A program made the translations under genes and the position numbers. This document shows positions 52,681 through 60,000 of a stretch of 60,000 nucleotides of DNA, piece by piece (position 1 is the stretch's first letter; each line of letters begins with the position of its first letter). The DNA comes from Callorhinchus milii. Its lineage: Eukaryota. The stretch spans positions 15,006,001 through 15,066,000 of the forward strand of contig NW_024704742.1 in NCBI RefSeq assembly GCF_018977255.1, in the 5' to 3' direction. The notes beneath the pieces are model-generated. The model saw nothing but the letters and a program-made list of their open reading frames with translations. It was not told the DNA's origin and searched no databases.

Positions 52681-54172
52681 CAATCTTCATTGGACACAGG
52701 GTTGGTGCCAGAGGACTGGAGAGTGGCCAATGTGACTCCGCAGTACAAAAAGGGACAGAAGGACAAACCTGGGAACTACAGGCCAGTCAGCCTAACATCA
52801 GTAGTGGGGAAACTCCTGGAGACTATAATCCGGGACAAAATAAATCTTCACTTAGAAGAATATGGGTTAATTAGGGACAGCCAACATGGATTTGTTAAAG
52901 TCAAATCTTGTCTAACAAATCTAATAGAATTTTTTGATGAGGTAATGGAGAGGGTGGATAAGGGTAGTGCAGTTGATGTAGTTTATATGGACTTTCAAAA
53001 GACACTTGACAAATTGCCACGTGAAAGACTTGTAAGAAAAATAGAAGCCCATGGTTTAAAAGGGACAGTGGCAGCATGGATCCAGAACTGGCTGGGAGAC
53101 AGAAAGCAGAGAGTTGTGGTGAACGGCTGCTTTTCTGACTGGAGGGAAGTGTATACTGGCGTCCCACAGGGATCGATTTTAGGACCACTGCTCTTCTTAA
53201 TATACATAAATGATCTGAACATGGGTACAGCAAGTACCATTTCCAAGTTTGCAGACGACACAAAGTTAGATAAGGTGGAAAACAGTGAGAAGGATAGCAG
53301 CCAACTGCAGGAAGACATAGACAGAATGGTAAAATGGGCAGACACATGGCAGATGAATTTCAATGTGAAGAAATGCGAGGTAACACATTTTGGTAGAAAG
53401 AATGAGGGGAGGCAATATAGGCTGGTAATACAATCTTAAAGGGGGTAAAAGAAAAGAAAGTCCTGGGGTTCACGTAAATTAATCCTTGAAGGTGGCAGGA
53501 CAGGTAGATAAAGCTGTAAAAAGGGCATATGGGATACAAGGCTTTATAAATAGGGGCATAGAGTACAAGAGTCAGGAAGTTATGATTAACCTATATAAAA
53601 CACTGGTTAGGCCTCAGTTAGAATATTGTGCCCAGTTCTGGGCACCACACTGTAGGAAGGATGTTAAGGCATTGGAAAGAGTGCAGAGGAGATTTACAAG
53701 GATGGTACCAGGAATGAGGGACCTTGATTATGAGGAAAGGCTGGAGAGGCTGGGATTGTTCTCATTGGAGCAGAGAAGGTTATGAGGAGATCTAATAGAG
53801 TTCTTCAAAATCATGAGGTGATTTGATAGGTTAGAAAGGGAAAAACTGTTTCCACTGATGGGTGTATCGGTGACTCGGGGTCACAGGTTCAATATAGTCT
53901 TGAAAAGAAGCAGAGGGGAGGTGAGAAGAATTTTTTTTCACTCAGCGAGTTGTTCGAATCTGGAATGCATTGCTTGAAAGGGTAGTCGAGGCCGATTCGA
54001 TAACTATTTTTAAAAACACAGTGGACGGGTATTTGAGGAGGATGGGTTTGCAGGGTTATGGGTAAAGGGCTGGGGAGTGGGATTGACATTACATTGCTCT
54101 TTTCAAATAGCCGGCACAAACTCGATGGGCCGAATGGCCTCTTTTTGCACTGTACGATTCTATGATTCTATG
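52681..54172 (+). mobile_element. CR1 LINE, 5'-truncated, RT domain to 3' tail, with frameshifts and stops
   Basis: VPEDWRVANVTP, NYRPVSLTSVVGK, SQHGF..KSCLTNL, VDVVYMDFQK, GVPQGSILGPLLFLIYINDL, KFADDTK and LVRPQLEYC, ending in (GATTCTAT)2. Inserted in the (CAA)n tail of a minus-strand L2-type end. Confidence 0.98.
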
Positions 54173-54896
54173 GAACAAACAATGAATTGCATTTATATAG
54201 CTCCTTTCACGTTGGGAGGACATCTCCCAATGTGAATAGTGCTACATAAATGTAAATTATAAATGTAAATCAACTGTCTGTCAGCAGATCAATTTGAAGA
54301 TCCTCACTAACAAATCCATCCATTCCCTGGCACCTTCATATCTCTCCGATCTTCTCCTATAATACTTGTCCGCTATTGAGGCTTGCTCTTTGCCCCCCAC
54401 CCTGCAACTTTTCTTCCACAGCCAAGCTTTCAGTTGCTATGCTCTAACCTCTGGAACTCCTTCCACTGATCACTCTCCCTTGCCCCCTCTCTTTCTAAAG
54501 CAATATCAAATGCAAATAATTATTGTTTTAATTGTGTGGAACTGTAGTCCAGCAAGTCAGCACATTCAGGAGGGCAGTAATAATAATAATAAATTGTATT
54601 TGATATGGCACACATAATGTTAGAACACCTTCAAGTGGTTTAGAACAATTACTATTACATATTGTGATTGTGTGTTTATAGACGAACAAGAGTGGCAGTC
54701 AATTTGCGCAGTGATGTCCCACACACAACCAGGAGGCAAATAACTAAGTCATCTGAGGAACTGTTGACCAGAATAGGGAATCTGTTGGCCAAGTAATGGT
54801 TCATTGTTGTTGAAGGCTTTAAAACTCAATTTATTTATATGATTCACATTTTAAAACACAGATCTTTGCTGCAATTTTTAAAACTATAAAATCTGA

Positions 54897-55218
54897 TATA
54901 ATAATAATACAATAATCCTTGCATTTGATGTGGCGCATTTCATGTCTTCTCGACCTCTCAAAGCGCTTCACAGAATAGACTGTAAAGTGAATTGACCGTA
55001 TATTTGTGGACGAAACGCGGCAGCCAATTGCGCACAGCAGTGTCCCACAAACAGTCGTGGATTGAAAATGACCAATTTATTATTGTTTTGTTTTGGAGGG
55101 ATTATTATTAGGCGTGTGGAGTAAGGAAACTTGCCCAAGGTTTCGTCCCGTCTGGAATTGAACCCAGGTGTCTCGCTTGCAAGGCGAGTGCTCTAACCAC
55201 TGAGCTACAGGACTCCAC
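54897..55218 (-). mobile_element. tRNA-Ala SINE, short subfamily, full length
   Basis: Reverse complement of the 13411-type element (CTCTAACCACTGAGCTACAGGACTCCAC). Confidence 0.95.
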
Positions 55219-55689
55219 TGATGAATCAAGTGATTCAACTACAAACTGATTCATTAATATTTTGATTCAGATGAAATGTGAAATATTATGTAAACATTGT
55301 AGAAAAGTTAAAGTCGATGGAACAATGATATTAGAGAGTATTTTCCTTTTCCAAAAATGTGTTTGAAAATTATTTCCAGACTTCTGTGCATGATTCTAAA
55401 TCACAGAGAGTAAAGCAGACAATTCATTCCCACTGATAAAGCTTCAGTGCTTTAAACCAACACTGGATAAAGTCACACATGGTGGAGGCAGCTGCAAGGC
55501 CCCAGCACTATTTGTACATCATGGTCACTTAAAAGCCTTTGATCTTGATCAACGAACATTTAAATGTATGCAATCTATTGCCATTAGAACTAAATTTGAT
55601 CATGTGGCAAAAATAACTCCTGTCTAATATAATTTAGAGAGAGACCAATAGTTGAAATTTTTTAAATAAAACATTTATCTTCTTTTAGA

Positions 55690-55890
55690 TGTAGAATGGT
55701 TAGGTAGGAAATATATTTTCACTATTTAGGGGAGTCAGTGAATAGGGGACATAGATACAAACTAGATATAATAGATAATAAAATTATCCTAAGCTCTCCT
55801 ATCGTAAGAAGAGCGATAGGAGAGCTTAGGATAATTTTTTTCATACAGAAAGTTGTTGGGATATGGAACGCCGTGTCAAGTAAGGCGGTG
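55690..55890 (+). mobile_element. CR1 3' fragment carrying an internal inverted duplication
   Basis: RGHRYK...ELR.IFF.QKVVGIWNA, with a 25-bp perfect inverted repeat at 55780-55838. Confidence 0.8.
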
Positions 55891-55892
55891 TG

Positions 55893-56050
55893 TGTCAGTC
55901 TGGCTCAGTTAGCAGTACTCTTGCTTTCAAGCCAGAAGGTTGTGGGTTCAAACCCCACATTGAAACTAATATAGTCCATGCTGATAGTCCAATGCAGTGC
56001 TAGGGTGAGTGCAACATTATTGGAGGTGTTATCCTTCAGATGAGATATTA
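55893..56050 (+). mobile_element. Deu-type SINE 5' part
   Basis: GTCAGTCTGGCTCAGTTAGCAGTACTCTTGC...AGAAGGTTGTGGGTTCAAACCCC. Confidence 0.8.
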
Positions 56051-56389
56051 TACCTTTACAGGCATTTGTACCTTCAGAGACAATTGTAATTTCCTCTTTA
56101 CACATTATGACACTTAATACATCTAGACATAGGTTACATAGCTTGTATCATAGTTCCCATTATCTGCATATGATAATTCATAAACAGCACATTCACTTAG
56201 TTTACTTTCTCATAATATATTTTGTGGTTAAGATCTTCACAAACTCCATATAGTATGAAATAAAATATCAATTGCAATGATTTAGTGGGTTATCCAAATT
56301 ATAGAACAGTTAAAGTTCAGGAGTAAAACTGCTTACATTTTTTAAACACTATATTACAGCTATGGTGTAGAGTTGAACATTAGTGTCAA

Positions 56390-56990
56390 TAGTTATGAGG
56401 AGAAACTGGAGAAGTTGGTTCCGTTTTCATTGGAAAAAAGAATGTTGAGAGAGGACCATTTAAATCATGAGGGATTTTGACAGTGTGAATAGGAAGAATC
56501 TATTTCCAGTGGTACGCGAGTCAGTGATTAGGGGACATAGAAATAAGATAATCACAAGAAGAGGGAAAGGACAGCTTAGGAGAATGTTTTTCACACAGAG
56601 AGTTGTTGGGATGTGAGGGTGGGTGGGGAGAGAGGGGGGGGATCTAATGGAGATCTTTATAATAATGAATTGTTTTGATAGAGTAAATAGAGAAAGACTA
56701 CTCCCAGTGATCAGTGAGTCAATTACAAGAAGACAAACATGAAGGAACAAAGGGGGGCATTAGAAGATTATACATTTTTACATATACACAGAAGCTTTTT
56801 GGAATATGGAAAGTCCACATGAAATAGCAGTTAAAGCTGAGTCCATAACAGCATTTAAAAGGAAATAAATGCAGACAGAAAAATAACATTAAAGGATTTG
56901 GAAAAGTGTGAGAGAATGGGATCAGAGCAGCTAAGCCCCAACTCAGACAAGACGGACTGAATGGCTTGCTGAGTTATAAACATTCTGTGG
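56390..56990 (+). mobile_element. Two overlapping old CR1 3' fragments
   Basis: YEEKLEKL..FSLEKR. The GATAGAGTAAATAG...CCAGTG...GAGTC segment occurs twice, and GACTGAATGGC marks the end. Confidence 0.8.
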
Positions 56991-58347
56991 CAGTCCGGGG
57001 GAAATTATTGCACTCTGCTCACTTAGCTGAAGCACATTTCTGTACTGGCTAAACAAAAAAAGACAAAATTAGTCTGGAGCACTGAAGTTAAGATGATAAG
57101 AAAAAAAAAGGTGCAGCGTTTCAGAGAAGAATAATTGGAATATTTAAAGGTGCTGTATTATGTTTGATTGTTATTACTTTTGAAAAATGGCCTCTGAAGG
57201 CCAAAGAAAAGGAATCCTATTTCTTTGAAAGTATGAACAGTTTGTATTTTAAACATACTCAAACAATCTCTAATAATTGCCAGGTGATAATATATGGAAA
57301 AAAAACTACCTCCGCAAGCCTTGTTAGGGGCCCGATGAGATTGAAAATGGACATGTGAAAATAGACAGACCAAGCCAGTCTGAATGGTGTTATTAATCGA
57401 GGTTGATAGCTTTGTCACTCATGCAAGGGTGAATGAAAACAAAAGAGTTGGAAAGTTACAGAATCCCCTCCAGAAATGTATGAGATTTACAACCTGTAAA
57501 ATATCATGTTTTTTGGAATCACTGAAAACGTGCTGAAAGAATGCTGGAGTCAGGTTTCCCTCAGTTGTTTCACTTTTTGCTTAACCCATTACTCTCACCC
57601 AAGACACATCTTCGAGCCAAAATAAAGCACCACAGTTTGTGAACATCCAAGGAATAACAGATTCTTTGCGGGCGGGGATGGGGGGCATCCAATCTCGTAG
57701 CCCATACTGTAATATGTTAAATTTTCAGGCCTGGCTCCAATAAGCTGAATCCTCACAAGTCACCAAAATGTCCAGAAGATGCAGTTTACTTCCCAAGCCA
57801 CTTTTTCTGCGTAGGCACAATTTATTCTCAGTTGTGTCTTCCCTGAAACTGATTGCAACCAGCAGGAGATTGGTGACCAAGGAGATTCCCAGAGGGGTGG
57901 CCTTAGGCACTTGCACAATCCTCTATTTATCGTTCATTTTTGCCCACTGGTATCTCCCACCCTGATGTCTAATTTATCAGATTACAACCCAAGGCCCTCA
58001 ATTTGCAATCTATATTTTCATTGTAATTGTTAAAGTCAGAGGCGTTGATAACTAGTGACACTATGTAAATATCTATTAATATTTATTAAGGATTGTTAAG
58101 GGTTGTTCATGCAAGAGAAACAATATAAACGGATTATGGGAAGAGCAAGGAATTGGAGCTAGTCCTATGCTGTCATGTTTATGATTGTGTGATTATATGA
58201 TTTATTCAATATTTATAGTCTGTTTTCATTTTACCCTCATTTAAGTGTTTCCAAATCTCCCAGCTAAATTGATTGTTCATTGTTAAATGGCTGTTTGTGG
58301 GGTTATTGGCTGTGCACAAATTGGTTGCCACGTTTGCCTTCAAATGC

Positions 58348-58760
58348 ATAATAATAATCCTTACATTTGATATAGTGCCTTTCATGTCGTGAAGACGTCT
58401 GAAAGTGCTTTGATTGTTCATTTTGTGAGTGAAACGTAGTTGCCAGTTGGTGCACAGCAGTGTCCCACACACCATGGAGTGAGTGACCAATTTTTTTGTG
58501 AATTGTTGGCCGGGACACCGGGAAAACCTCCCTTCTCTTTTCCAATAATTCTATGGGATCTTTAACATCCTCCTGAACAGATAGACGGCATCTCGGTTTA
58601 ACGTCTCATCCAAAGGACAGCATCTCCGACAATGCAACACATCCCAGCACTGCATTGGAGTATCAGCTTAAACTATGTGATTCCAAGGCCTGATGTGGGG
58701 CTTGAATCCACAACTTTCTGAATCAGAGGGGAGCATGCTATCACTGCTCCAAGATGACAC
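58348..58760 (-). mobile_element. Deu-type SINE, full length, well preserved
   Basis: Reverse tail, CAGCAGTGTCCCACA, TGTTGGCCGGGACACCGGG, GGTTTAACGTCTCATCCAAAGGACAGCATCTCCGAC, and head at about 58760. Confidence 0.92.
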
Positions 58761-59294
58761 ATATAGTCATGTCACTTTACCAACAACAACTTGCCTGATG
58801 GGCTTTGAGACATTTTGCACTGCATCAAATGTAAATGCATGGACTATTATGTACTGATTCACTTATTTCCTTAACAGCACATTCAGAACCATTTGTGGAA
58901 CTGTGATAATCCAGCCACTCCAGTTACTATTTAGAAATTTCTGTGCAATTTGTAATGATTAATGTCCCAATATTGGTCCATATCTGGCACTGCACAGAGG
59001 ATTGTCAAAATGATTGAAACGAGATTTAAGATCACCTGTATGGCATAATGATGAGCATTGTACAACCTCTGAGATGGAAATTAAGGACTGAAAGAAACCT
59101 GTGGCATTTTACAATCTCATTATATACTCATACTGCTAAGATTGATATATTTACAATCTCACAAAGAGATAGACAAGGAAACATTCACATTAGTCCTTCG
59201 GGGAACTTTCTTCTGAGATTGTGGTCATAGGATCCTACAACTGAGCATACGACAGACTGGCACAGGAGAAAAAGTTAAATGTACATTGCACGTA

Positions 59295-59528
59295 TATTGG
59301 TAGATATTCCATCTATGTCTAGATTTACTCTGTTAACATAGCATTTCAACAGTGGACAGAATTTGCCAAATTGTTGAATTGAAGAACTGTTTCTTTCATT
59401 CTTAAAAGTACTTACAGAAATAGGGATTCAAAATTAAAGACTGTATTGCAGAATTTGACGAATTCTGGATGCTCTGAAATGCTATATCAATAGATTATCT
59501 CTGGATCCAGGTGAATTTCTAGCCAATA
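59295..59528. mobile_element. Palindromic MITE-like element, most complete copy
   Basis: Imperfect inverted arms of about 85 bp: TATTGG-TAGATATTC...ATAGCATTTCA...CAGAATTTGCCAAATT versus the reverse complement TATTGGCTAGAAATTC...ATAGCATTTCA...CAGAATTCGTCAAATT. Confidence 0.75.
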
Positions 59529-59789
59529 GAAGGGTGAAAAAGACTATTTCGTTATGGTCTTTAAAACGGCAGGAATTCAGCAAAGGGCAAATGCCATTTC
59601 ACTGAAAGCCATTTATTGCTGAAAGGGTAAATATTGCTGGGGTGGTTGAATCCTGGACACTGGTTGCATTGAAAAAGTAGCTTGATAGTGTGATGGGAGG
59701 ATGGTAGAATTGGTATTCTGGGACGATGAAATCAGATGGGCTGAAAAGTCTTTCTCATATGAACTTGTGATCTATCAAGCAAAGCAATA

Positions 59790-60000
59790 CAATTTATATT
59801 TATATTATGTTTATAGCGCTGAGAACAGTGAGGAGAGGAAAGATGATCGAAAGCATGGTCAAAGAGGTACATGCCTTGAACGAGGAGAGGCACTCCAGGA
59901 TGGAGTTCCAGGGAGTGAGGGAAGAATGCAGACAGTCCACCCACTGACAGGATGGGGAACATGGAGCCAGTGTTTGGTGAGTACCCAACTCCTCAGTTGA
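59790..60000 (-). mobile_element. L2 3' fragment running off the window edge
   Basis: TATAGCGCT, GATCGAAAGCATGGTCAAAGAGG and GGAGTTCCAG are the reverse complement of the L2 3' region. Confidence 0.75.

Noticed and set aside
52567..53439. 290-aa ORF as a host gene or active retrotransposon
   Set aside because: It is a 5'-truncated CR1 RT with no endonuclease and downstream frameshifts. The ORF's N-terminus comes from flanking L2 sequence.

Overview
Vertebrate nuclear DNA, AT-rich and very repeat-dense. The repeat mix is L2 and CR1 LINEs plus tRNA-headed Deu-domain SINEs with L2-type tails. This points to a cartilaginous fish, plausibly a chimaera (inference). I see no recognisable host protein-coding exon, so the window looks intronic or intergenic. 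The few recognisable ORFs are decayed LINE reverse-transcriptase fragments or their antisense frames, and the rest look like chance frames. Main contents: five sizeable 5'-truncated L2 copies, one 1.5-kb CR1 plus many CR1 remnants, a young tRNA-Ala(TGC)-headed SINE (five near-full copies and an older long variant), and many older Deu-type SINEs. Most notable observations: (1) two dispersed 28S-rRNA fragments that share a derived variant and a 3' endpoint; (2) an unclassified family of long palindromic, MITE-like elements; (3) a twin-priming-type inverted SINE insertion; (4) a 302-bp poly(A)-signal insert flanked by a 14-bp target-site duplication (TSD); (5) a perfect 25-bp-stem hairpin formed inside a CR1; (6) a triplicated NF-kB motif; (7) a Pbx-Hox/Meis motif cluster. 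Family names come from recalled consensus sequences, not database searches. I cannot support a new multi-gene system here.
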